NCBI GenBank assembly: GCA_008632985.1
Contig: QPGO01000032.1
Span: forward strand, 59,330 to 123,329
From: Psammoneis japonica
Taxonomy: Eukaryota
DNA length: 64,000 bases
Reading direction: 5' to 3'
Every line of letters begins with the position of its first letter. The stretch's first letter is position 1. The notes below the pieces were generated by a model. It was given only the letters and a program-made list of their open reading frames with translations. It had not been told where the DNA came from and did no database searches. Both the position numbers and the translations under genes were made by a program. Below, piece after piece: positions 12,201-24,452 of this stretch.

Positions 12201-14753
12201 TGTCCAGTTCCACCCCCGACATCAGCCCGCTCCTTCGCTTTCAATGGTGGGAACCCGTGTGCTGCACCACCTGGATGATTCCGACTGGCCGTCCGAATCT
12301 CGCGAACTTTGTGGTTGCTTCGTTGGCATTGCCGAACACATTGGTCATCAAATGACGTTCAAGATTCTCTCTGAAGACACTCAGAAAATTGTTCATTGTT
12401 CCAATGTGCGCTCCGCTCGCGACCCATCCACTCTGAACCTCCGTCTTGACCCTCCTGACAAAGGATCTGCTGAACCCGTTGTTAATCCCGACGCGACTCT
12501 CCGGATTCAATTGCTTCACCAGATGGGGAGATGATCAGGATGCTCAAAATGCCAGTCTTCAACCCCAAGGATGTCATTGGATGCACCTTCCTCATGAAAC
12601 CGCAAGAGGATGGACAACATCACAGATCCCGCATTGTCAAAGCTGTTGAAGACCATGATTGGGAAATTGGAGACAACCCTGAACTGGTCAAGTTCATTTG
12701 CTCTGTCAACAACAACGAACACGAGGAAGTTCTTGCCTGCAATGACATCATGCACCACATCGAGCAAGAAGATGAGGATTCTGCTCTCTGGAAGTTCCGA
12801 TGCATTGTCTCTCATGAAGGACCATTGAGACCTCATGACCCATCTTGGAAGGGCTCAAGCTACAACGTCATGCTTGAATGGGAGAACAGGGAGACAACAT
12901 CTGAACCCCTTGCCATCATTGCCAAGGATGATCCCGTCACCTGCACCATTTGGGCACGCGAACATGGCTTGCTCAAGATCAAAGGCTGGAAACATTTCTG
13001 GACCACAGCACGATGCCAGAAGAAGTTATTCAGCATGGCCAACCAAGCCAAGCTGCGCTCCTTTTGCACCGCACCACGATGCAAGCACGGATTTGAAGTG
13101 CCCCGGGACTACAAGCACGCCTTGGCTCTCAATGAATGCAACGGCAACCGCAAGTGGGGAGATGCAACGGACCTCGAGATGACTCAGCTTGATGAACACG
13201 AGGTCTTCCACGACTGTGGACACTACAAGGACTCCAGTGCTCCACCAGGACACAAGAAGATCAGGGTGCACCTCGTCCATGACGTCAAACACAACAGATG
13301 GCACAAAGCACGCCTCGTTGCTGATGGGCACCTCACGGATGTACCCATTGACAGTGTCTGCTCTGGGGCAGTGTCCCTCCGTGGCCTGCGAATGATGATT
13401 TTCCTGGCAGAACTCAACGACCTAGAGACCTGGGCGACCAACATTGGGAATGCCCATGTTGAAGCCACCACTGAGGAGAAGCTGTACATTGTGGCAGGCC
13501 CTGAATTTGGCAAGTTTGAAGGACACATCCTTGTCATCCACAAGGCTTTGTACGGACTCCACAGCTCCAGCCTCAGGTGGCATGAACGCTTTGCCAATTG
13601 CTTGCATGCTGAGGACTTCTTCCCGTGCCGTGCCAAACCCGACATCTGGTTGCGCAGGAATGGTGATCACTGTGAACATGTGGCAGCATGTGTGGATGAC
13701 CTGGCCTTCACCATGAAGGACCCACAGGCTTTTGCGGACACTCTCATGGAGAAGCACAAGTTCAAGCTCAAAGGCACTGGACCATTGGAGTTCCACCTTG
13801 GTTGCGCCTTCACCCGTGACCTGGACAGCACCCTGTGTCTTGCTCCTTGCAAGTGCATTGAGCACATGGTTGACAACTGTGCACGCCTCTTTGGGGAGAA
13901 ACCTCATTCTGATGTTCTCTCGCCTCTTGACAAGGGAGACCACACTGAGCTTGACACCTCCGAACTGCTTGAGCCAGATGGCATCCACCAATTTCAATCC
14001 TTAATTGGATCCCTGCAATGGGCTGCATCCCTTGGATGCATTGACATCACTGTGGCCGTCATGTCCTTGTCTAGCTTCCATGCAGCCCCTCGCCAAGGTC
14101 ACTTAGACCGCGCCAAGCGTGTCTGCGGATTCCTCTCCAAGATGCAACATGGTGCCCTCCGAGTGCGCACTGAGGAGCCCGACTGTTCGGATGTTCCCAA
14201 GCCCATGTATGACTGGTCCCAGTCTGTGTGCGGGGAGGTAGAAGAACTGCTCCCACAAGATGCACCTGAGCCACTTGGCAAGTTCGTCACTGTGACCCGT
14301 TGCGTTGACGCAAACTTGCTCCATTGCATGCTCACAGGACGCTCAGTCACAGGCATCCTGCATTTCCTCAACAAGTTTCCAGTTGATTGGTTCTCCAAGA
14401 AACAAGCAAAAGTCGAGATTGCCACGTGTGGATCTGAGTTTGTTGCCGGGACCTGCGTTGAGCAGATCATTGATCTGCACATCACTTTGCATCATCACCT
14501 TGGTGTCCTCATTCGTGAAACCTGTTGCATGTTCGGGGACAACAAGTCAGTTGTGGACAGTGCCACCATCCCGCACTCTAAGTTACACAAGCAACACACT
14601 GCCCTCTCATTCCACCATGTACATGAGGCAATTGCTTCCGGTTTCCTCGAGTTTCACTTCATCGAAGGCTCCCACAAGAACCCAGCTGACATTCTCAGCA
14701 AGCACTGGGGTTGCTCCCAGGTGTGGACCCTCCTTCATCCCCCAATGTTTTGA
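9296..14753 (+). pseudogene. copia gag-pol polyprotein, frameshifted and hypermutated
   Basis: Gag start MVLTRQQQTNGFEHILGTVL; protease LMDRGANGG; integrase TDTVCSDTP, LISDHAQVE, SEPRHQHQNFAERR; RT KARLVADGH, KALYGL, CVDDL; RNase H CVDAN, ATCGSEF, GDNKSVV, NPADILSKHWG. Split over ORFs starting 9296, 9525, 11678, 12244 and 12531. Confidence 0.95.
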
Positions 14754-14827
14754 AACTTTGATCCTGAGGCTTCCTGCCAATCTGACTTTGAATCTGTCGC
14801 TGTTGACCCCTCAAGCAAACTGGGGAG

Positions 14828-15072
14828 TGACAGGATTTGAACAAGATTTTAGTTTGTCACACTCAATTGTGTGTGCTTTTACTTCTGCGCGCGACACGCG
14901 ATGTAGTTTGCTTTCGAGCCACATGGCTCACAAGAACAATGACAGCAGTGCTGACATCATGACACCAGTCTTTCGGCTCCTGTGACGGTCTCTGCATGGA
15001 GACTCATCTGCTGTTTAGACAGCAGCAAGGAGTCATTGTTTTCTTCCACCCAGTCATCTTCATTTCCTGACA
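14828..15072 (+). repeat. 3' LTR of the copia element
   Basis: Preceded by a purine tract and followed by the TCCCA target duplication. Confidence 0.96.
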
Positions 15073-15229
15073 TCCCATTTGTGACAGCTTTTGTCAAGCA
15101 ACAATGACACCAGTCAATCACATGATTAACATTGCGATCTACAGTGTAAAAGATAAAATGAAATGGAAGTGTGATGGATGATGTTGAGCAGAAAACTGGT
15201 GCATTGATTGTCGCACTTGTTCTTTTGTC

Positions 15230-15660
15230 ATGCGGTCACAAATGCAAGCCATGCGGCATTTGCAGCAAAGCCCAAGGCACAAGCAGAACTGCACATGGCT
15301 GACAAAAATGTGGCAGATTGAACAGTCATGTTCACTCTTCCAATTGACACATCTCATGGGCAGAATGAAGCGAGTCGTTTGGAATCACTGTGTTGCCGTG
15401 CAGCTGCAAATGCAAACCATGAGGCATCCAGAACGAAGGCCAAGGCAAAAGCAGAGCCTCACAAGGCTGACAAAAATGTGGTGGATTGCGTGGTCATGCT
15501 TGTTCTTTCCTTTGACCTGTCTCACATGTGCAGAATGCAGCGGCATTCCCTCTTGTGTCGCATGGTCACAAATGCAAACCACAAGGGCTCTAGAGCAAAG
15601 GACAAGGCAAAAACAGAACCTCACACAAGCAACGTTAATGTGGCTGATTTGGTGGTGAAG
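15230..15660. repeat. Degenerate tandem repeat, unit about 165 bp, about 2.7 copies
   Basis: caaatgcaa(g/a)cc anchors at about 15239, 15407 and 15569, each followed by similar caaggca(a/c)aa(g/a)caga...aatgtgg sequence. Confidence 0.75.
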
Positions 15661-17394
15661 TTTCTTCTTTCCTTGCTCCACCACAAGGGGCCGCTTTGTG
15701 TCGATGTGTCGATGCATTGCACAGTGCGTGCTTGCTGGCTGCAGGGCTGCGCTGCACAGTCACAAGGATAAAAGCACACCCGCCTTACTGTGATTGCCGT
15801 ACATTGCCGCATTCCATTCATTTTTGTTCCCCTCCCCTGAGCCCTTTCAGGCGTTCCTTCCCGCAAACTCACCCTCATTTCCTGGGATTCCCCCAAAAGG
15901 GTGAGGTGACTCCCCGTTGCCCTGGCCATTTTGGGGGATCCCCAAATGGGCAAAACCAAGCCAACAGAGACAAGACGTGTTCCAGTCCCAGGTGACACAC
16001 AAAACGACAATCGATTTCAAACATAAATTGTGCATCTCTTGTGCGTGCATCATTTGAACACAAAATGCTCAGACGGATGGGCTTCCACAGGTGTGCCAGA
16101 GCATGGACACACAAACAGTTTTTTTGTTGGCACTCACCTCCTCATGGGACATGCATCATAAATTCCTTCTTCTGCAGACTCAATGCTGATTGTACGACAG
16201 TGCATTGGATGCTGATTTTTGGTTGCAGGTGGAACACCTGCCAGAAGGTCTTGCAGAAAAATTGTTTTATTTGACATTCAAATGATGGCAACAATTTTGC
16301 CGAAAATCATCCATTGTGTTGCGACTCATTTGTCGCAATGAAAAACATGAACAGCACAAAAACAATGACATCGCAACACTGATGCAAGTCTTGTTAGTGC
16401 TGCAAAACATTCAATTTTGTGTGAATCTATGCTTTTGGTGGTGAAAGCTTGTTTGCAAGTGAGAGACCATGCAAAAATTGCAAATGTCGTTTTTGTGCAC
16501 GATTTGGGTCACGTGTGGCTGGAACACGTCACAACTCCATTTGCTGCCACCACCAACATTTGCCTGGAACCCACCCATGTTCCAGCCTCCAATGCCTCTG
16601 CTGCTCCCAAGAAGGCTGCTGCCACCCCATTGTGCTGCAGATGTTTGTGGGCCCAGAATTTCTCATGCTGAGTTGATGCCCCCACCCATGCTGCCACTCC
16701 GTTGGTCGCCACTCCACAAGCCTGACCCATTGGCTGCTTTTAGGATTGCTTTGGGAAAGCTTGAAAAGCCGGTTGAGTGCAAGAGTGCTGGTGTTGCCAT
16801 TGACCGAGGAGCCACAGTGTGTGTCATGCTCAAGGTGCAAGCTGCTGTCTGTGTGCCACAAGCAAATGGCTTCTCAGCATGCCACGAACGACGCAAATGG
16901 ATCTGTTGACTTTTCTGGGAAGTCAATTGTCTTAGATTCTGCTGGCCTCAACCCTGCCAATGTTGCAAGCCTCCCATTGTAGGGGGATTGCACCACTTGG
17001 AATCATTGTCAGTTTTGTTGCCTTGGCCACTCCCTGGCAACTCACTGCCACCAAATTGGCGCTGCTCTGGTCACCACCTGATTTCCTCTTGGATTGGACA
17101 AGGTCTGGACAGCTTCCCGACAGTGCACTCTGGCACCATCCTGGCAGACCTCCTGGTTTGCTGTCCCACTCACACTCTGAGCAATCTCCCGGTCTGTCAA
17201 TTGTTGGCAATTCATTTGATTGGTTTAACGAGTGGATGATTGCACGGCGTTGGGTGCAGAAACGGATTCATTGTTTCAATTTTTGCTGTCTGTCCATCTG
17301 GCAGTCATGACTCTCATCACTTCTCTTTTGCACTGGAAGATCTTCAATCCTGTTTTTACCAGGCTTTTGATTCTCCTTGTGTGTGGGGGGGGGG

Positions 17395-17440
17395 TGTCAG
17401 TGGAGAGAGTCATTCCTGCACAGACAGTGGATCACTCACT
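17395..17440 (+). repeat. Dispersed repeat, possibly the start of an LTR of a second element; homologous to 6975-7018
   Basis: agtggagagagt(tgt)cattcctgc(g/a)cagacagtggatcactc occurs at both sites. The 17395 copy starts with TG directly after a G-run resembling a polypurine tract. Confidence 0.5.
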
Positions 17441-19874
17441 TTCACCTTTTGCCCCCGACGCACCAAAAACAACAAAGCGCTGCATGGTGCATCAGGTTGG
17501 AGGCCTGCAACTCTGCACCCATGGGGATTTGATTTTCAACACGTTGCACAGTTGCTGTTTGTGGTCATGATTGCTTGATGCACTCCAGCCCCAACAAGTC
17601 TCATGCTCTCCATCGTGAGTCCATGTGTCAACCACTGTCATGTGTGCTGCACACACCGGAAGTCTCCTCACAGACTCTTGGGGAAGCAAGGCAGATGATG
17701 TGCCAGGGTCACATGCAGGCAATTTGTTGCCATGTCCTTTGGTGGTGTGCTTCAAAAAGTTTGCAGAGAGACGAATTCTCCATGGTGGCAAAAGTTTTTT
17801 GTGCACACAGGTTCATGCAGGGATTCCAGAGGCATTGCAGCAAACTGTCCATCCGACTCATGCAAGAGTCAAAATGTGTTGACCTTTGGGTGTGAGCAAG
17901 TGCATGCGCACAAATGGTTGATGCACAGACTTGCAATGGAGAGTGGCCCTGCCGGAGGCATGTGAGCAGCAACAGCAGCAGCTGTCATTTTCAGGATCAC
18001 CTCACAGACCCCAAGAACCACATGTCAGTGGAAAGCTCTCACAGAGCTGAGCATGTGTCAGCAAAGAATGTGTTGTTTGAAGTGTGTGCAACTCAAATGT
18101 GCACTGGCCCAAAATCAAGCCACACTCCAAGTGAAACCTTTCCTTGTCATGGCAACAGTCATGTTGACTGCATGTTTCCCGTGCTTTTCACTTGTTGAAA
18201 ACACATGTCCACATGTGTGCACAATTGAACAATGCGTCAATTGGGCATTTGATTTTTCACTCCTCTCCTCACTCATTTGTCTCCTCTCTTGGCCAAAGCA
18301 ACATGAGTGAAGGAGTCAGCAACCCACTTTTTCCCTTTCTTGCCTCCTGTGCATCAGGATGCACAAAGACATCATCATGCTTGCACTTGCCAAGCTTTTT
18401 TGGTCTTCACCCATCCTTCTTTGCCCTTGTCTCCTCTGTGCTCTCCACGCTGTGCTTCCCACTCCTGTTCCCAAGCCCCTTGTTCTCCCAAATTGTCTTC
18501 ATGAACTGCCACACCTTCAATGTGCCAAAGACAATGCAGTCACTCAGGATTCCTCTGCCTTGAAGAACCCTCAGGTGAACCTCTGTTCAACGCTTCAGCG
18601 TGTCCGCTCTCTAAACTTCATTGAGTCATCATTGCTCTGGCAGGTCCAATGTGACGTGATGAGCCATTGTGGTCTCTGCTGCTTTTCATGAAAATCCAAA
18701 TTTTGGAGGGGAGGAGTTTGCAAAAGACACAATTTTTGGCAAGCTTTGATCATGGAGTCGCACACAACAAATGGAGCATTGCTTGCACACCCCCTGCTGA
18801 ATTTGAAGGAAACATCAAATGACCATGATGGCAAGTCACCGTGAAACTCCTGTTGCTCTCATGCTTGTTGCAGCTGACCCAACCAGAGCAGCATGTGGCA
18901 ATGCACACAAGATGCGTTCCAGCCCCAGGTGGGAGCTTGTGGTGCTGACGTGTGACACAAATGATTTTTGTCATCCGTCGCATGTTTTGCGTGTGCATTT
19001 GTGCATGTGACATTCCAAAAAAATTGTCCAGACTTGCTGTTTTGCAAAGTCCCAGATGCTTCGCACAACGAATTTGTGGAAACAACAACACACCAGTTGC
19101 ATTCTTCAGACAGTTGCATTCTTCAATGTCTGAAGAATGCAACTGGCTGAGCAAAAAATGATGCACTTCAATCATGGACGAGTTTGTGCGTTCGCAAAAT
19201 TGCCTCATTTTCTGTTGGCGATCATTGACATTTTCATCACCTGATGATTTTGCTGCGGAGCTCGCATGCAGAATTCTGTCGGGCCCAATGTTGCACGGAT
19301 TCTCACCTGCATCTGGAATGTGTCACAACAAGCAAGCATCACATCAGAGCAGCTGCAGCCACAAAAACACATGACAAAAGCCCACTTCCAATGGTGTGTG
19401 CAAGTTTTTCTCTGTTGTCATTTTTGCCAGATCAGCACGCTGCTGATTCAACGCTGTTGTGGCAGCAAGGACATTGTTTGGCGAGCCACCCACACCCACC
19501 CACACTGCAGTGGCACACAAACACACAGGTGAAAAGCTGGTGTGGGGCATGAGGCTGGCACAACAAGCACAGTGTTTCACCCCATCAGCAAGTCTGCAGC
19601 TCTGCAAGCGGTGGGGGTGGGTGGAGCAACACTTGTGTGAGCATTTTGCTGTTTTGCAGCTGGGCGTCTGAGCGACATTTTCCTGGTGCTGACCTGTGTG
19701 CACAAAGCTGCCCCAGCCACTGCAGAATTTTGCCGGCATTGCAACAGAGAATTTCCCGAATGTCCAATTTTGAGCCACAAATTTCAGGAAATTTGTGCAT
19801 CTGACAATCTCGGAAAACTTTGGCAGCTTGTCGCGCAATGTGTCAGCAAAGAACAATGAACAAGAACCACGGTG

Positions 19875-22800
19875 TCATGCATCTGCACTCTTCGTTGGTG
19901 CATTTTGTGTGTGCATGTGAGCACTGCATTTCTGTGACCAAATCCTTTCCTTCTTACCCTTTGAGCAAGAATTGGACATTTGTGGGGTCGGCAGTTGTGG
20001 TGTTGGGGAAACAGGTGGCGGAGGGAGCGCGCGGAGCGCGCCGGGAGAGGGAGAGAAAAAGGGTTGGCCAAGGGTGCGGACGGACGGTCGGGAGGAGGAG
20101 TTGGTGACGGAGGGATGGCGGAGGAGGAAAGCTTGACATGCAGAGAGATGGTTGGAGAGAGCAAAGCCAAAGTCAAGGCTGAGGGTTTGGGAAGCCCAAA
20201 GTGGGGGTGTGGCAGCATGGCAGGAGGAGCCGAAGTGGGCGGGGGAAAGTTGTTTCCAGGCCGCGTTAGATTGGGTGAGGAGGTTGGAAGGAGCTAAAAG
20301 GGAGTTGGTGAAGGCAGAGAAGGATGCTTGAGAGTTAGAGAAAGAGGATGGATGGGACCAGGGCGGTTTGGGGGGGAGGGGGGGGACGGAGGAGGAGGCA
20401 GTGGTGGAGGCGCCAAAAAAGAAAAGATGGAAGTGGTGTCCGATGCCTCCTGGGTGATCGAAGGCAAAAGGGAGGAGGAAGAGGCCTGCTTGGTTGATGG
20501 TGTTGATGATGTCAGAACCGTGGGCGGAGGATGTAGAGCGGCCGAGGAGCTTGTCCCGAGTGCTGCTGAGGTGAGCCTTGTCAAGTGGGTTTTCAGGGAT
20601 GGGCAAACCAGGTGCAGGAGGCGGGGGAGCGGGCGGCACGGTGATGTCAATTGCTGTGGGTTGATGGGTGGATGGGGCGTCTGGTGGTGTGGAGCCGGGG
20701 GTGAGTTGGACGCCAACGTCGGTGGGGTGTTTTAGAGGGTGGTCGGGTGGGAGTCCGGCAGGGTCAACGTAGACTTGTTGGCGGGATCGGCAGAGGCCGC
20801 ATGGAGGACCAAGGGTCTTGATGATTGCACAGACCGTGTCGCGGATGTGGTTGGACAGGGGGCCTTTGTGCATTTTGGAGCAAGCAAAGGCGTGATCGCC
20901 GTGTGGGTCGGGGCGGGCGTGACCGCATGGGCAGTTGTGTTGGGAGAGGTTGGGTGGGATGATGGGGAGACGGAGCTTGCGCAAGAGGAGGATCGTGAAA
21001 AGATGGGGCGGAAGGCGATTGGAGGGTGGGATGCGGGACAGGGAGTGAAGGCATGGGCTTGTGAGTTGCGACAGCAGGGATGGGAGTGTCGGTTGGATGG
21101 AAGGATCGGCGAGGATTAAGGGGAGGGTGTGGTGTGTGTGATGGTGCAGGTGGAGACGCTGTGAGAGACCGCGCAGGTTGTGGTGTTCGACAGCATGCGA
21201 AAGGGAGGTAAAAGAGGGGGAGTCGAGCTTGAGAAGGGTGGGAGCACAGTGGCGGAAGATTTGGTAGAGGGAGAGGGTGGAGCGGGGGTTGGACCATGAA
21301 CCGAGAGCGGAAGAGCGGCTTGAGGGAAGGTGGAAGATGGCGCCACCGGCCAGTGGGATGCCATGTTTGGTGCAGCGGATGGAGCGGAGGAGGGAGGTGA
21401 TGAGGGCAGGGATGGCGACGGCGGAGATGTCGCGACATCCAATGCCGCCCAAAGAGACGGGCAGGGTGGCAATGAGTTTGGAGGCAGATGGAAGGGGGTC
21501 TGTGCATTGGGTGAGGCAGGTGAGGAACCGCAGGGAGTGGCCAATGATTTTGTCGATGAAGGGGGATGCCCACTGAAAAGGAGGTGGAAAGTCGTCGGAG
21601 GGTAAAAGGTTGTAGTGTGCGTCCGCAGATGGCAGGTGGGTGATGGAAGGGAGTGAGCACTTGCGGAAGAGGGTGCTCTGTGTTTGTTTGTCGGTGAGCC
21701 GGACGGTGAGGCGATGAAGGTTGGTGGCGAAGGAAATGGCCTTGTTGCGGAGGAAATCGAGGGCGAAAGCGGGTGAGCCGATGGGCCGACCGAGGAAGCG
21801 AGTGCCGGTGGTGATTTCGGGTGTGATGTGGGGATCGTTGTGAGGGTTGAGGAAGGCTAGGGCCTCGGACAGTGCAGCAGCGTCGGAGGGTGGAAGGCGG
21901 TTGATGGGAGAGGAGCCGGTGATGGAGGTGAGAATTTGGGTCTTGGAGGGGTTGAGCTTGATGCCGAATTGGGGACCGGAGGTAGAAAGGCGCTTGAGGA
22001 ACCAGGGGAGCTGGGAGAAGGGAAGGAAGATGTGGGTGTCATCGACATGAGAAGAGGCAGCGGACTTGGAGCGGGGAGGGAGTCGACGATGTAGGTCATC
22101 ATTGATGGGTTGGAATGCACGAGCCAAAACAAGGCAGGAGAAGGCAGGGCTGAGGGGGCAGCCTTGAGCAAATCCTTCGGGCTGAGAGAAGGAGGACCAT
22201 TGTAAGCGGTGGTCACGGTACCAGCAAGTGTTGGGGTTTTGGCAGAGCAGGTCGAAGAAAGGGATGAGGGGGTGGCATTCGTCAGAGTTGTCGAGGGTGT
22301 CGCGACAAGCATCACGGGAGCATTCGTTGAAACAATTTGATGAGTCGAGGAGGAGGAGGGCCTTGGTTGGAGTGGAGTCTGGGTCAAAGAATCGCTCAAT
22401 GTTGGCATGGGTGGTGTCGACTAGGTGGTCGAGACCGCCTTTGACGCCGACTCCGAATTGGCCGGAGTGGAGGAGGTTGGCAGCGAAGGTGGCGGCAAAG
22501 AGGAACATGATGAGGGTGCCGACGATTCTGCGAAGGGCAGTTCCGACGCCGATGGGGCAAAGTTTGGAAAGGTTGGAGGAGTCTTTGTGGAGAGCGAGGA
22601 AGCAGTTGGAAGAAAAGGTGGGCTTGATGGATGCAGGGATGTCTGCTGCAAGAATGAGGTCGAGCAGATGTTTGAAGGTGAGTGGGCAGGGGTGTGAGGT
22701 GGAGGTTGGGGTGGAGCGGTGGTGGAGGGCGCAGGCCTTGAACAGGTTGGTGGAATCGGCAAAGGCGCCGGGAGCTTTGCCTGGTTTACATTTGGTGAGG

Positions 22801-23885
22801 GCTTTGCGGAGGTCGTCAGTGGTGAAGTGCAGGGGGGAGGAGGTAGAGCGGTGGTGTCTGGCGGATGGGGGGGAAGGAAGCGGTGGGTGTTTGCGGGGCG
22901 GGCAGAGTTGCTTGACAAGCTCCATGCGTTCGGGGGTGAGAGAGGCGACGGGGAGGGAGGAGGCAGCCCGGGCGCAGGCGGTGTGGAGGTTGTTGATGTT
23001 GTTGGCGGCAACTTGGGCGGAGTGGGTGTGGGATGTGTTGTCAAAGTCGGGAGATTCGTCGGATGTGTCGGGAGCAGGGATCGAATGGGATTGGTCGTAG
23101 AGGGCGCGGATGGAACCGTTGCGGAAGAGGAAGAGACGTTGAGTGATGGTGGTGGAAAGGGGGATGTTGGAGTGCTTGGGTCGAGGGTAGAGGATGAGGG
23201 ATTCAAAGAGGAAGAGGAGCTTGAAAAAAGGGTCGGAGGCGGTTTGCCAAGGAGGGGGTGGGTCGTCGTCGGTGTCGAAGGGCTCAGAGGAGTCGACAGT
23301 CCATTGGACGAGATGATGGAGGGTGAGGAGGACTTGGAGGCGGGAGGAAGGGGGGAGTTTGTGCCAGAGGGAGGCGCGGAAGGGTGGGGGCGACAGGGGT
23401 GGCGAGTGGAGCCATTGAAGGGAGGTTGTCCAAGCAGTGAGCTCTTGACGTGGGCAGGAGGATGCAATGAGCTGAATGTTGGTAGTTGTGCAGGGGTGAA
23501 AATGGATGTTAGAAATGTGGGTGTGTGAATGTGCATCACGGAGGCATGTCTTGGTGGTTCGTTGGCAATGACGGCATGGATGTAGGTTGTGGAGCTCGAA
23601 GAAGGAGTCGGGGATGGTTTGAAGGCTGCGGTGCTTGTGTGTGGTAGAGAGATGTGTGCGCAAGAGCTTGGGTAATTGAAGCGGAGGAGCATTGGGCGGG
23701 AGGGAGAAGGAGCAGCCCTCAAAGGGGCAGGAGCAGTTGGCAACCCCCAGCGGGGTACGGGTGCCGATGGGTTCCATTGCTGGAGGGTGGGGCGGAGCGT
23801 GTTGGGGTCTTGATTGGCATTGGTGGCCTGTTGGGAGAGTGTGGACCACTCGGCGAGGTGTGTTGGAGCAAAGGTGTGGACCCAT
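19875..23885 (-). pseudogene. CRE-type reverse transcriptase / RLE polyprotein with catalytic YVDD changed to HVDD
   Basis: C2H2-like fingers (CPFEGC...HLSTTH); RT motifs PIGVGTALRR, QFGVG, LDSSNCFNECSR, GFAQGCPLSP, HVDD (22038-22049), GIKLNPSKT, FLGRPIG, LPVSLGGIG; CPCG...DPHGDHAFAC knuckle; PTDV...AIDITV endonuclease-like motif. Confidence 0.9.
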
Positions 23886-24452
23886 TGGTCAAAGACGTCG
23901 AGAAGCTCGAGGTCGCGTTGAGAGCAGTCGAAGTCCATGTCGGACGGGTCGGGGTGCGGTGCATGTTCCGCAGGCGGGGGTGGGGTGTTGTGTGCCAAGG
24001 CGGGAGTGTTGGTGGCGGGGGTGTCGGGATCCATGGTGGCAGTGTCGGAGGAGCACGTGGAGCCGTCGAGGTCGGGAGGGTGTGAGCGCTTCTTGCGGTG
24101 TTGGGAGAGGGGTGTGGGGGTGCTGACGCGTGTCGTGGTGGGTGGGGATGGCAGTGTGGGTTGCCAGGAAGCTTCGAGGAAAGAGAGGGCTGTTTCGGAA
24201 AGGGTGTCTCGAGAAGGTTGGGAGGTGGCGTGGGCAAAGGATGTGGATGTTTGGGCAGGAGAGGGAGGCGGCCGTCGGGAAGGGAGGTCCTTGAGGAGGT
24301 GTCTGGGGATGTTGGGGCAGAGGTGAAGGGTGGCGTCGGTGACATCCACGATGAACGGGGTGGCGAAAAAAAGGAGCTTGTGTCGGATGGGGGTGTCACT
24401 GTGGGAGAAAAAAATGGGGATGACACCAAAAAGGTTGGGGGTGGTGAGAAGC

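Larger units (their letters stand above)
7847..15072 (+). mobile_element. Full-length Ty1/copia LTR retrotransposon (diatom CoDi type), inactivated
   Basis: 245-bp TG...CA LTRs at 7847-8091 and 14828-15072. Target-site duplication TCCCA at 7842-7846 and 15073-15077. Purine tract GGGGAG immediately before the 3' LTR. Domain order gag-protease-integrase-RT-RNase H. Confidence 0.97.

Noticed and set aside
9296..14753. Alternative genetic code, or ApT-context 6mA mutagenesis
   Set aside because: Host genes translate normally with conserved Tyr. ApT remains abundant in the mutated blocks, and TAC>TGC is not an ApT context.
7847..15072. ADAR-type editing of retroelement RNA before reverse transcription
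   Set aside because: It would give one-strand A>G bias and matching LTRs. Here both strands are hit, the LTRs differ, and DNA transposons and tandem units are equally affected.
6563..15790. Possible terminal inverted repeats taagggggg...tttatcct (6564-6591) and aggataaaag...cgcctta (15765-15787)
   Set aside because: Similarity is patchy, needs a gap, and no target duplication is visible.
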